Positions 39,251 through 51,751 of a DNA stretch of 64,000 nt are shown piece after piece; position 1 is the first letter of the stretch, and every line of letters begins with the position of its first letter. The position numbers and the translations under genes were made by a program. The DNA is from Felis catus. Taxonomy: Eukaryota. The notes beneath the pieces are model-generated. The model did not search any database. It was given only the letters and a program-made list of their open reading frames with translations, and had not been told where the DNA came from. The DNA lies in the NCBI RefSeq assembly GCF_018350175.1, contig NC_058368.1, positions 132,062,001-132,126,000 of the forward strand, in the 5' to 3' direction.

Positions 39251-39984
39251 CACCAGAGGAAGCCTCAGGTGGGTTTCCATGTCAACCTTCACTGAAATCC
39301 AAACATTTGGCTTTCTCAAAGGCAGTTTAACCTCTGCCACCACATCCTTAGTGGCAGAGGATTTTTTTTTTTCAAAGCTTAAAAAAAAAGAAGAAAAGAA
39401 AAGAACTAGAGCTTTCAAAAGACTCGGGCTTCTGGGGGTTTCTATTCACAGAGTGATAACACATCTTGAAACAGGATATTTATAATTTGTTTGGTTTCAC
39501 GTTTATCCTCCCAAAGCTGAACAGTAATGGCTGAGAGCTATGAAAACACTTAGGTAAGGAGAAGGGCCAGAGCAGAGATAAAAAGGATAATTGGAAACAG
39601 AGAAGCAGCCTCCAAGTTGCACCTTCTTGAATGCTCACAGCCCTGCAGGCCAGGGAGCTCATGGCAGGCCGCAGCAGCCCCTAATTCTGGGCACTCCACA
39701 GCCTGCCCCCTTCCAAGATTTACTTATGCAAGCTTAGCTGCAATTTTCCACAGATACTCGGGCCTGGTCTTGGGCCACCTTCTCCAGTAAAAGACCTCCT
39801 GGGACGGGAGCTGGGGAGAGAGCATGTGGTGAACACAGGGTCCAAGCTTTGGAAAAGGACACCTGGAAATGGAAGGATAACCTGTTGGATGAGGGATTTA
39901 CCAAGGCCAGGCTGCACTGTGGGAAGGGGGAGAGCAGGAGGGGTGCGGGCCCCGCGTGTCCAGCCATCAGATGATGAAACTGGG

Positions 39985-40300
39985 AGGTAATATATGGGTC
40001 TAGTGAGACCACACGTGGAATACTATGTTCCTCATGGCCTCACAAGGAAGATGCACATACTGAGTTGGCTGCCATTCAGAGAAGAGCAATTAGGATGATT
40101 AAGAGGCCAGAGGGAGTGACTGAGGGGGAGAGATTAAAAGAATTAAACATGTATACCTTGGCTAAGCTCAAAGCAGAGGGAATGTGGAAACTCTATAAGC
40201 ATCCTCAGAACAGAAACACGAGGAGAACATGGAACTGTTTCACATGGTCCCTGAGAGATGTAACTAGAACTAATAGGACGGAAGAAAAGAAAACTTAACT
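39985..40300 (+). mobile_element. CR1/L3 LINE fossil (RT C-terminus)
   Basis: ORF 40065-40298 IQRRAIRMIKRPEGVTEGERLKELNMYTL resembles CR1 [29 protein letters not shown]. Confidence 0.8.
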
Positions 40301-40999
40301 ACCTGTTGGAGAAAGCTTCCGAACAGTCCCAGATCAGCTCTGACACTGAAGGCGTGTCACAGTCACACCTGATGTTCTCTAAACCCAAAGAGAAAGGTAC
40401 CACATTATGGAATAGAAGTAGGTTTCTATTCCAGGGATTGGTCCAACAGCAATGCCATAAAGGGGAAAACAAAAAGAAAAACAAAAAACCTCAGGAACAA
40501 AAACTAAACAAATACCACAGGACAATTTCTTTAAGGGAGTATCCAAAACCTCTGAAGGCTCCCTACTAACTGAAGTTTATTATCAGATGTTTTTGCTTGG
40601 CAATCAAAGCCCTCTCCATCTGGCCCAAGCTCATTTTTCCTCAAGTTATCTCTTATCAATCCTCAACACAAGCAAGCCTCCTGAATGTTCCAGGTATGGT
40701 ACCTCCTTTGTTCATGAAATCCTCCAGTCTGGAATTCCTGCCCGCATTCCCAACATGCACCTATGTCTTACCCATTTTGGGCTATTTGCTTAAATCCTGC
40801 CTCCTCTGGCCATCCCAATCCATAGAGCTTCCTCTCTCCCTTCCTCCCGGAACTCATTTTGGCACCTATCACACACTACTTGCTTTGTTAGGTGATGTGT
40901 TCTTATCTTGTCAGAGAGGTTATGAATTTCCTAGAGGCTTCTCTTCCACTTTGCCACCAGCTTTCTGATCCCTCTTTGCCAGCTCTTCCAACCACTGTG

Positions 41000-41480
41000 A
41001 ACCAGAATTCACATAACAGGATTCTCTCCTGGTTTATCTTCCTTATTGCTCTTCCTTAGTGGTTTCAGTCCTTCCTTCAGATGGTGATGCTCCCCAGAGT
41101 TCCTCCTCAACCACTTTTTTCTCACTCTACATTCTCTCTGAAAGACAGCCTCCAGTCCTGAGGCTTCAAGGACCGTCTCAATGCTGATGATTCCCAAATC
41201 TCCATCCAGCTCAGCTGTTTCTTCCAGGGATCAGGTCTCTTATCATCTCAAGATGATAAAGAGGGTGTCCCATCGCTCTTTAATACTCCCCAGGTACAAA
41301 TTCGAACTCACTGTCTTCTCTTTCAAACCTGTTTCTACTCTTCCATTTCCTGCCTAAGGGCATGGCCTCAACATCCTCCCAGTCACCACAGCTGGAAATC
41401 TAAGTGTCATACTTGGCTCATTTCTGTCCTTCCTCCATTATCAGTCAATCACCAAGTTCCATTAATTCTGCAGTGCCTCT
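41000..41480 (+). mobile_element. L2 fragment
   Basis: gctgatgattcccaaatc (ADDSQI); caatcaccaagttcc. Confidence 0.7.
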
Positions 41481-42324
41481 GTGTCTGCTCAGGACCACCT
41501 GCATCTCCCCCTCTACTTTCCTTACTTCCTGACCACTGGCATGATCATATCCCTTAGACAATCAAAGCAACTCTCCTCTTGGATACAGAGATGAGTCCAG
41601 GTATAAGCACGTGATCCAAACCTGGCCAAAGGCAGCTTTTCCTGGGATACTACAGTCTGAATCTATTCTGAATCAAAGAGAGCAGGTCTCCTTTCATCAG
41701 AAGCTGTAAAGACATGATTTCAGAGCCACCAACAGGTCGTGCACCCTCCCAGGACTAAAAGAGTGAACAGCTAACTTTCAGAGATAAGCAGAGATGAGAA
41801 TAAAAATAGAGATGGCAGCATTCCATTTGCCCCATCCGGACATCACAGAGTCAGTAGCCGCCTTGCCGTTCCATGGTTTTGTTTCTGGAACCAACAGTTC
41901 CCTACTTTTAACAGAGCTCCTTCAAGGTCATTTGTGTCTCTTTGAAAGAGTTCTAATTAATATAATAAATGGGTCATGTTCTCTGTTAATATACCACCAT
42001 CAATCTCATCCAGGCCACTAAACAGTTTCTAATTGATTTCTGCAAATAGCCTCATTTCCATCCATGTCATTCTGCTATTGTGGCTACCATGACTTTTCTA
42101 GAACTTGAGCTTTCCCAGGACACTCCTGAGTTAAAAGTTCAAATTCCTTTCCAAGGTTCAGGAGGCCTTGCCTGTAGGCAAGTGGAATCACCCACTATTT
42201 AAACTGTAAGTATACTTATTTATTTGCCTAGTCCCCCCCCCTTTTTTGGGGGGGGCTTATATGCAATAAGGCATTTTATTGGAAAAAGCGCAATTAAATA
42301 AAACAAGATTATTATAAGAAGTTT

Positions 42325-42560
42325 GGGGCGCCCCTGGGTGGCTCAGTTCAGCTCAGGTCATGATCTCACAGTCCGTGAGTTCAAGCCCTGCATCGGGCTC
42401 TCTGCTGTCAGCTCAGAGCCTGGAGCCTGTTTGGATCTATCTGCCTGTCTCTGCCGCACCCTCGTTCATGCTCACTCGCTCTCTCTCTCTCAAAAATAAA
42501 CATTAAAAAATTTTTTAAAAGAAATCTACTTCTACAGTAAAAAAAAAAATTAAAGAAAAA
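42325..42560 (+). mobile_element. Can-SINE
   Basis: TSD aagaagttt. Confidence 0.92.
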
Positions 42561-42759
42561 GAAGTTTTGGAATATATAGTTTCCTACCTTTATCTGATTT
42601 ACAGCAAAATCTTTTAAATTTATAAGATCAGCTTAACAGTCAATCGTGACATATGTTTAGGAGTTAAAAAAAAATGTCATCCTTGTCTTTTATTCTTAAC
42701 TTTTAATTTCCTCCTGAATCTGGCTTTCAGGGTTGTTTCCCCCCACCCCCCAATTTGGG

Positions 42760-44550
42760 AAAATTGTACACCATTTTAAAGTGTACAATTCAGTGACTTT
42801 TAGTACATTTACAATATTGTATAACCATCACAATTATCTAATTCTAGAACATTTTCATCAGCCCCAAAAGTACCTGTTAAGTAGTCACTCCCTATTCTAC
42901 CATCATCTCAGCCCCTGGCAATTATTAACCTGCTTACTGTCTTTGAGAATTTGCCTATTTTGGACATCTCATATAAATGGAGTAATAAAATATGTAGTCT
43001 TTGTTTCCACCTTCTTTCACTTAGCATGATATTTTCAAGGCTCATCCATACTGTAGCCTGTATCAACACTTTATTCCGTTTTGTGGTTGAACAATATTCC
43101 TTTGTATGGATATACCACATTTCATTTATCCATTCATTTGTTGATGGACACGTGTTTCTACTTTTTGGATACTATGAACATGTGTGCACGAGTTTTTCTT
43201 TGAACATCTCTTTTTAAATTTGTGGGTATATATGTAGGAGTAGAATTGTTGTGTCATATGGTGATTCTGTTTAACTTTTTGAAGAACCACTAAACTATTT
43301 TCCACAGCAGCTGCACCATTTTACATTCCTATTGTGTATGAGGGTTCCAATTTCTCCACACTTTCACCACTTATTTTTCTATTTAAAAATTATCATAGCC
43401 ATTCTAGTAGATGTCAAATAGTATTGTATGTGTGGGTCTCCCTGATGACTAAATGACTAAGGATGTTGAGCATCTTTTTGTGTGCTTATTGACCACTTGT
43501 ATATATCTTCTTTGGAAAAAGATCTATTCGAGTCCTTTGTCCATTCTTTAATTGGTTTATTTGTATTTTTTGTTGAGTTGTAAGAGTCCTTTATATATTC
43601 TGGATACTGGACTTCTATCAGCTATATGACTGTAAACATTTTCTTCCATTCTGTGAGTTGCCTTTTCAATTTCTTGATAGGGTCCTTTGATGCACAAAAG
43701 ATTTTCATTTTGATGAAGTCTGATGTATCTATTTTCCTATTTGTTCCTGATGTTTCCTTTTTGGTGTCATACCTAAAAATGCATACCTTGCCAAATCCAA
43801 GGACATGAAGAGTTTTATAGTTTTAATTTTCATGTTTAGATCTTTGATCCATTTTTTGTTGTGTTTTGTTTTCTTCGATCTTTTTTGAGTTAACTTTTGT
43901 ATAGGGTGTGAGGTAAGGTTCAGCTACATTCTTTTGCACATGCTATCTATCCACTTATTTTACCATCATTTGTTGAAGACACTATTCTTTTCTCATTCAA
44001 TGGTCTTTCCACCCTTGTCAAAAATCAATTGACCACAGATATATGAGTTTATTGTTGGACTCTCATGTTTGTTCTTTTGATGTATATATCATCTATGCTG
44101 ATACCAGTACTGCAATGTTTTGATTATAGTAGCTTTGTAGTACGCTTTGAAATTGGGAAGGATGAATCCTTCAACTTCATTCTTTTTTTTTTCTTTCAAA
44201 ATTATTTTGGCTATTTGGGGTTCCTTGTAATTTCACATGAATTTTAGGATTAATTTATGCATTTCTGGAAAAAGGCAATAGGAATTGCAGTAAGTCTGTA
44301 GATCCATGTGGGTTTATTGCCATCTTAACAATATTAAATCTTCCAATCCACTAACATGGGATATTTTTCATTTATTTATGTCTCCTTTAACTTCTTTCAA
44401 CAATGTTTTATAGTTTTCAGTGGGCAGATCTTGTACCTTCTTCTTTACATTTATTCCTAAATGTTTTATACTATTTGATAATATTATAAATGAAATTATT
44501 TTATTAATTTTATTTTTGGATTGTTCATTGCTATTGTATAGAAATGCATA
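42760..44550 (-). mobile_element. L1MB-type 3' portion
   Basis: Minus-strand ORF MWYIHTKEYCSTTKRNKVLIQATVWMSLENIMLSE is typical L1 3' UTR text; ORF2 remnants follow. Confidence 0.9.
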
Positions 44551-44870
44551 TAAATATTTTGCACTGGGAAGAACACAGAAGTTATACTGGCTGATGATTC
44601 ATTCTTCTCTAAGGATTATGGAAGCAACCTTACTTACAAGCTCTGTAACTTTTATTTAAGCCCATCCACATCTGCTGATTTGTATGGAAAGAACAGATGT
44701 TATCAGAAAAAGTCTGAAATGTGTTTCTAATGACTGAGATGCCAGGTAGGAGATGGAAGGACTTAGGAACACAGATTAAAAAAAAAAATCTTTTCCACAT
44801 TTTATGATTCTGACTATGCAAAGTAAGCAAACAGCTTTGCTAGTAGTGGTGTCAAGAAGAGGATGAGTTT

Positions 44871-45097
44871 GGGGCACCTGGGTGGCTCAGTCGGTTGAGC
44901 GTCAGACTTCAGCTCAGGTCATGATCTCACGGTCTGTGAGTTCGAGCCCTGCATCGGGCTCTGTGCTGACAGCGCGGAGCCTGGAGCCTGCTTCTGATTC
45001 CGTGTCTCCCTCTCTCTCTCTCTGTCCCCTCCCCCACTCATGCTCTGTCTCTCTGTGTCAAAAATAAATAAATATTAAAAAATTAAAAAAAAAAAAG
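44871..45097 (+). mobile_element. Can-SINE (felid type)
   Basis: TSD aagaagaggatgagttt. Confidence 0.96.
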
Positions 45098-45244
45098 AAG
45101 AGGATGAGTTTTCTGAACTGTGACCCAAAATGTGAGACAGAGTATGCCACAGAAGCCCCTACAAGAATGTATTTGGCAGAAGATGCATCAAAGAAATCAA
45201 GAGGATTCTAACCTAAATCTCAAGAGCAAGTCTATTTAACAACA

Positions 45245-45420
45245 GCTGTTCTGTGTATGCTGACCTCGGTGATTTGAATGAATTCACTTACTTAATTCTA
45301 ACAGAGTCTTAAGATATTGGTACTATTATTTTCCTCATTTTATAGATGAGAAAATTGAAGCACAGAAGAGGTTAAGTACTTCTCAAGAAAATAAAGCTCT
45401 TAAGTAGTGAAATCAGGATG
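45245..45420 (-). mobile_element. MIR SINE
   Basis: cctcattttatagatgagaaaattgaagcacaga. Confidence 0.75.
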
Positions 45421-45619
45421 AAAAATGGAGTAAAAAGTATCAAAATAAAAAACTGTAGAAGTGTACCATATTGAGAAACACTAAGATGCCTTAGGGAAAG
45501 AAGCATAGTGGGAAGTTGAAAAGAAAATGAAAGAAAGCTGAGGAAAAACTTTTGTATGTGGTATCAGTGTACCGTGGGCAGAAGATGGAGACAAATATGG
45601 CAAACTAGCAGTTCCAATA

Positions 45620-45995
45620 AAATTTTTAGAAACATACACTTTTCTGGGTATTACTGAAAAAGTATGGTCGGTTTATACGAAGAAATGGAATACTCTAATG
45701 AATAAAATAATCTGAAAGAAAAGATTTAGATAAGAGTAGAGATTAGGGTGGTAGGACTTGAGTTGCAAAGGTATACATCTATATGGGAATCCATAAACCT
45801 GAGGGCATGGACAAAACAAAGAATATCTGGATGAAAAAGAAAAGAATTCAGAAATGGAGATGATAATGTCACAGGAGCAAATTGCAGATGGCTTGACCAA
45901 ACTGAGCATGTGAGAAATATTTTAATTTTAAATAATATTTTCTTTTTTTATTTTAGAGAAAGAGCACACATGCAAGCTCAGGAGGGGGAGAGGGA

Positions 45996-46047
<52 letters not shown>

Positions 46048-46445
46048 CATAAGCAGGTTCCATGCTCAATGTGGAGCCCTACTCAGGGCTCGATCCCACG
46101 ACCCTGGGATCATGACCTGAGCCAAAATAAAGAGTCGGTAGCTCAACCAGCTGAGTCACCCAGGTGCCCCAATAATATTTTCTTAATACACATTATTAAA
46201 CTGATGTAATAGCAGTCAAATGTTTTAACCATGTAGACATGTGTTAAAAGTATTTATTATTCAACTGAAAGCAGAACATGTGATAAAATTTTGGCCTTCC
46301 TTACCTACAATTTTATCTCTTAAAAGGAGTAAACAACAAGGAAGCTGCTATGCTAGATTTAATTCTGGCCAAGAAGACTTTGGTTGGTGATGGGGAAATA
46401 AATTATAAAAACCTCAAGAGAAAGTCATAAAGTCATTTGTGGAAT
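45620..46445 (+). mobile_element. CR1/L3 endonuclease-region fossil, interrupted by a Can-SINE (45935-46170, - strand)
   Basis: LGITEKVW (cf. IGITETWW) at ~45645; AMLDLILAKK (cf. AILDLILTN) at ~46347. Confidence 0.5.
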
Positions 46446-46459
46446 CATAATACTGAGCA

Positions 46460-47785
46460 TAGTTAAACGTTTCTCTTAGACTTTAGGAAATCAGATTTCA
46501 ATTTATTATTGATTTCTAATTTTATTTGAGTGTAGTGAGAGAAAAGGATCAGTGTTATGTCAGTTATTTGGCATTTATTAAGATTTATGTTAGGGCCCAG
46601 TTCTAAATAGTCCTTTTTTGTCCACAAAAAGAGTATGTCTCTGTCTTTCACATGCATGGTGTAAGCTCTGTCCATTGGGTCAAGTTTGCTCATTATGTGG
46701 TTCAAATCTCCATTATCAGACTAACTTTTAGGCTGCTCAATGTTAGCAACTTGTAAGTGATGGATTAATTATCTTCCCAGTTTCACGTGGTACATTTGTC
46801 ACGTTTTGCTTATATGCAGTGCTGCTATAGGTGCATATGTAGGTACAGGATTGTGACACTTTCCCAGAAAATGAGTGGTAACATCAGTGATTAAAATTTT
46901 CATATTTTCATTGAGTAAATTGTTTATATTATCATTAAGCAAGCAGATTTTTTCATATCTTCCTGAATAAACTGTTCATATTATTAAATAATTTATCTTT
47001 GTATTATTATTATGTTATTTCTATAATATACTTTTTATTCATGAAATATTCTTTATCTTAAAATGTATTTTTTTTCCAGATATAATTCTTACTATACCAG
47101 CTTTCTTTTATTTAAAATTTCCGGGGGCACCTGGGTGGCTCAGTGACCGACTTCAGCTCAGGTCATGATCTTGCTGTTCATGGGTTTGAGCCCCGTGTCG
47201 GGCTCTGTGATGACAGCTCAGAGCCTGGAGCCTATTTTGGATTCTGTGTCTTCCTTTCTCTATGACCCTCCCCAGCTTGTGCTCTGTCTCTCTCTGTCTC
47301 TCAGAAATAAATAAACATTAAAAATAAAAATAAAAATAATTCTTAATAAATAAAAATTCCCCTGGTACAATTTTTCCATTAGCTTTCTGTATGTTTATGC
47401 TTTAAGTTGTTTCTTGAAGACATAAATAGCTGAATTTTTTTTTTACAATCCAATCTGAAAATTGCTGTTTTTTTAACAAATATTTACACATATTGGAATA
47501 TATTTGAACTTATTTTTACCATTTAATTTTGTGTCATCTCTTTTCCTACCTTCTTTTGGGTTGGTCCAGGGTTTGTTTGGTTTTTGTTTTAAATTTTTTT
47601 TTTTTTTTTACTTTTCCACTTGTTTGGAAGTTATATTCCTTTTTATTATTCTTTGTGTAGTTACCTTTAAATATTTAAAATTAACTGTATAAAGTCTTGT
47701 TTTTCTCTCTAAAGAAAAAGTCTACTGCAATTTTGATTGGGATTGTGTTGAATCTATAGATCAGTTTTGGGAGCACTAACATCTA
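46460..47785 (-). mobile_element. Old L1M fragments with a Can-SINE (47123-47350, + strand)
   Basis: IKLEINNK L1 endonuclease-region motif; gattgggattgtgttgaatctatagatc. Confidence 0.7.
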
Positions 47786-47884
47786 ACAGGCATGCAAAAG
47801 TTCTTAACTATTAAATGATTAATAAAAGAATCTTACCTAATTGCATAATCTTGATAGTGACTCCCATGGTGACAAGGAAGAACT

Positions 47885-48750
47885 TGTCCTAGGTTTTGGG
47901 AGGGCTGCTAGGGGATAGACTTTGGTTGATAGCCTCTTCAGAGACTGCCTTAGCTGCAGACAGCCATTTGGCCCAAGGGCTTGACCTTTTGTGGGGGGGG
48001 GGCGGGGATGAGGTGGGGGGGGTGGGGCACATCCAATAACTGATGGAGGAGGGTCAAAAAGGCCTAGCTATTTTTGCCAGAGGTGGGAGACCTCTGACCC
48101 TTTTAGCTCCATCTTGACCTCTCCCTCCTCCCAGTCTTACTTCCTTCCCTACCTTCCACAGGTGTTGATCATAAGGGCACTCCCTAACAAACATCCTGCA
48201 TGGTGAATTCTGTCTCAGTCTGCTTCCTGGAGAAGCTGGTACCAGAAGAAGTCTGGTAGCACAGATTGTAAGATCAGTTTTGAAGCTGGGTCATTTACAG
48301 CCTAGTTGGTGGTAGGTGGGGCACAAATAGCCCGTGACACAACATGGAGGTCTAATTGTTAAAGCCTCCGGTTTTGGTGAATTGGAATGTGATACCAGTG
48401 GAAGGGTATATAAGAGCTGGAGCAAAGTATCAGGCTTTTGAGGTAAATGAGGCAAATAGTAACTTTATAGCCAATGGAATTGAGTGGTTATTGTAAGCTC
48501 CATGGACATTTAGGAAAAGATAATAAATGGCTGAGAGCAAATAACAGGCAATTGAAAATGACATATGAAAGCAAAGCACTTCCCAGGTATCACACAGAAA
48601 GGCTCTCCGCTCCTGGAGGATAGCAGAGAAAACTGAAGACTAGTACTTAATCAGCAGAGTAGTCAACCTCCAAATAAGGCTGAGCTTCCAACTATGGCAG
48701 GTATGCTATGCCAAGGTCGAGGTCCTGGATGGGGAAAAATGCAACTCTGA
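47885..48750 (+). mobile_element. ERVL LTR16-like LTR plus start of internal sequence
   Basis: ccacaggtgttgatc...ctcagtctgcttcctggaga, then tggtaccag PBS-like junction and gag-like gtatgctatgccaaggtc. Confidence 0.65.
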
Positions 48751-49007
48751 ATTAGTTACTCCAAACAAATTCACTTCCTTTTACATGGGCTACTATATTA
48801 ATACATTAGAGAAGCCAATGCAGACAGAATTTATATTCCATTTAGCAAGACATATATAAAATGTCTATTCTTGTGTGTTGTAGTGGAGAAATACAGTGGA
48901 TACCATTCATGCAGCAAACAGTTAAGTCACACTGTGCCAGGCACTGTGCTAGTTGTGAGACATATAAAGATTATTCATCGTTGGAAGTGGGTAAGAACAG
49001 AATGCAA

Positions 49008-49118
49008 GGGTGCCTAGCTGGCTCATTCGGTAGAGCATGTTTAACTCTTGATCTCAGGGTCTTGAGTTCAAGTCCCATGTCGGGTGCAGAGCCTACTTCA
49101 AAACACAAAAAACAAACA
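49008..49118 (+). mobile_element. Short Can-SINE
   Basis: TSD agaacagaatgcaa. Confidence 0.88.
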
Positions 49119-49189
49119 ACAGAACAGAATGCAAAAGTGCCATTCAGTGGATCTGTTTCCATCTGGAGCAAGGTCCTTAGTGGCATGTG

Positions 49190-49940
49190 CAAACCTCAGA
49201 CTTGTCCATCTCTTATTCAAAATTGTTATCCATGACTTTGGTAAACATATATAGGAGAGCTGTTTGTCACATTTGAGAATGACACAAAATTAAGCAGAAC
49301 AGCAAGTACAAAAGATGCCAGAATCAAGATACAACCAAGACTGGAAGCATCAAGGAGAAATTAAATATAGATAAGCATAAATTCAATATTAAAAATAAGC
49401 ACAGGATAGCAGGAGGGACACAACTTGATACCACTTCATGAGGAAGAAAGTTGGGCTTGAGCTCAATATCAGAGTGGGCTCTTAAAAGAGAATTGTATTG
49501 TTTGGGTCATGGAACATGACCCACAGAACACCTGGAATATCGTGTTCAGTTCTGGGCACCACATTTTTAAAACACCAGTCTACCGGAGTGTGTTGAGCAG
49601 ATGTCACTTAGGACCTGAGGGATCCAGAAATCATACCATAAGAAAAGAGGGTGACGAAACAGACCAGAACTGAGAACAGGACACTGAGTGGAAACATGAT
49701 GATTATCCTCAAGGATTCGGAGGCCTTTACATAAAAAAGAGAATATCTTATATTTTGCTCCAAGCAACAGAATTAGGACCAATATTGCTTTACGAAAGAA
49801 TTCCAGAGAGAAACCCTCCCACAGACCTGTCCCACAGACTGACTTGGCATTGTTCAAGGACCACTTACAAGTATAAAGTAGGACTGGGAGTTTGGGTTGG
49901 ATACTCTCTGAAGACTCTTTGGACTCTAACATTGTGTGAT
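49190..49940 (+). mobile_element. CR1/L3 RT-to-3' end fossil
   Basis: tttgagaatgacacaaaatta (cf. FADDTKL); ctggaatatcgtgttcagttctgggcaccacatttt = LEYRVQFWAPHF. Confidence 0.8.
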
Positions 49941-51709
49941 GCCCTTCTTTCAGAATCTGCCTCTTAAATCTTTCATTCAGACCCAGGCATAAATGATGGA
50001 TGAGAAATTTGTAGCCTCCCTATGCCTCCGGTATCCAGATTCTAATAGAGTTAAAGACATATTAAAGGGTTAATTTGCAGCTAGCAGTGCAAGGCATTTT
50101 ACCCTACAGTTGGAATGAACACGGGAGAACCTGGAGCCCTTACCAGTGCCTTGAATTCGCATGGTTGGAGCAGCTTTCCCCCACGAAGCCCAGATCACTT
50201 TGCTTTCCTGGCACAAGGAAAAATTCTACAAGAATAATGTATTTGTTGTTAGATCCTCTGTCCCAGCAGAGGCTGTCATTGCTTCCCAGGGAGCATCTTT
50301 ACATCACAAAAGCATCAGTCTCCTTTTAAAATGAATGAATGCATGCACAAAAATGTCAATTCTTTCATTTCCTTTAGTCAAAAGCCATGCTTACAGTAAT
50401 AAAAGACAAACCGGGGTAACTGAGTATACATGAAAGAGGGAGGAAGTACCTAGTAAAGCTTACATTATAAAAGCTCCCTAGGCTGAAACATTTGCCTGTC
50501 CGGATGCAAAATTGGCATTTCAGAGCCATATAATTTATGTAAACAGTAGCCACTAAGATATTTTATCTTGGTCATGTGCATAATCTGAAAAGAAAAAAAT
50601 TAGAGATCCTCCTTGAGGACAACTTCCTGCTGGAGCTTTCTGGATGATTTATCAAGAGACTGTGCATGAGGTCACCTCTTTAGGTGGTGGACACTTCAGA
50701 TATAATTATTATTACCGTTATCTGAGTACCGCCTGAGTCTGGGCTCTGGACCCCTCCCTAGCCTCCTAGGGCCGGCTGCCTTCTCTGTAACCATGGCCGA
50801 CAGCTGTCTACACACAGTCCTGCAGCACCCAGCTCGACTGGGAATGATTAGCCTGTCTTGAAGCAGCTCTTCCCCCACTGAGATTGGCTGGCTGGCAATG
50901 CTTTTCTTCAGAGACAGCCTGTGTGTGCTCCTAGCGCGCTGTGTTTGCTAATCTCACAGACATGTGGGGAGCTGGGCCTAGGGTGTAGAATAGTGCTTCA
51001 GAACATACGTGTTGTTTTGGGGATGTGCAGGAGGGACATGGGTGTGTTGGCCTATACTTAGTATAATTCCTTATAAGAGTGGGGAAACAGTAGATGAAGT
51101 GAAGGGGTTAGTAAAGAAGTGGAATAAATAAAAATAGACCACAAACAGTGAGAGAGCCCAAGGTCACCTGGGTGGCCATTTCTATGGACTTGAGTCACTG
51201 GATACATTTAAGTTCAGTTTAATTTTAGTTTTCTAGTGTTTTTGTTTTTGTTTTTGTTTTTTCTTGGCAGGCTAAAAACAAACTGGAAAGCAAAGACCAC
51301 CATCAACAAGGGGTCCTGGGCAGCATGGGGAGCGATGTCAGCCACTGAGCACTAAGTCTGAGAAAAAGCTGTGGCCCAGGCTTGAGCCTCACCCAGGTTC
51401 AGATCCTCAGGCACCACACGTGCTTACAGACAGACAGGAGGGGAGAGTTCTTGTGTAAGCCTGAGAGGTGTTAGCAAAATGATCACGGGTATTTCCATCT
51501 CATGAATTATGGTTCTTTCTGAGAGGAAACCTGGAAATTTCAACACTGTTTCTTGGCAATTCTGTATTTCTTGCAGGAATTACCCAAACTACTGATTTAC
51601 TGGGAAATCAAGAGATTGTGTTTATCTGTCCTTTACTTAGGTCTAACAAGTCTGCTTCACACTGCGAGAGGACTTTCGAAGTACAGTTTCCAGATAGTAT
51701 CGAAAGCCA

Positions 51710-51711
51710 AA

Positions 51712-51749
<38 letters not shown>
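51710..51749 (+). repeat. (CA)n microsatellite
   Basis: Direct tandem repeat. Confidence 0.95.

Positions 51750-51751
<2 letters not shown>

Noticed and set aside
38627..39330. Several overlapping Arg/Pro/Gly/Ala-rich ORFs
   Set aside because: Expected from stop-codon scarcity in a CpG island; no recognisable domain
42232..42256. C9-T6-G8 hairpin
   Set aside because: Homopolymer slippage product with no other support
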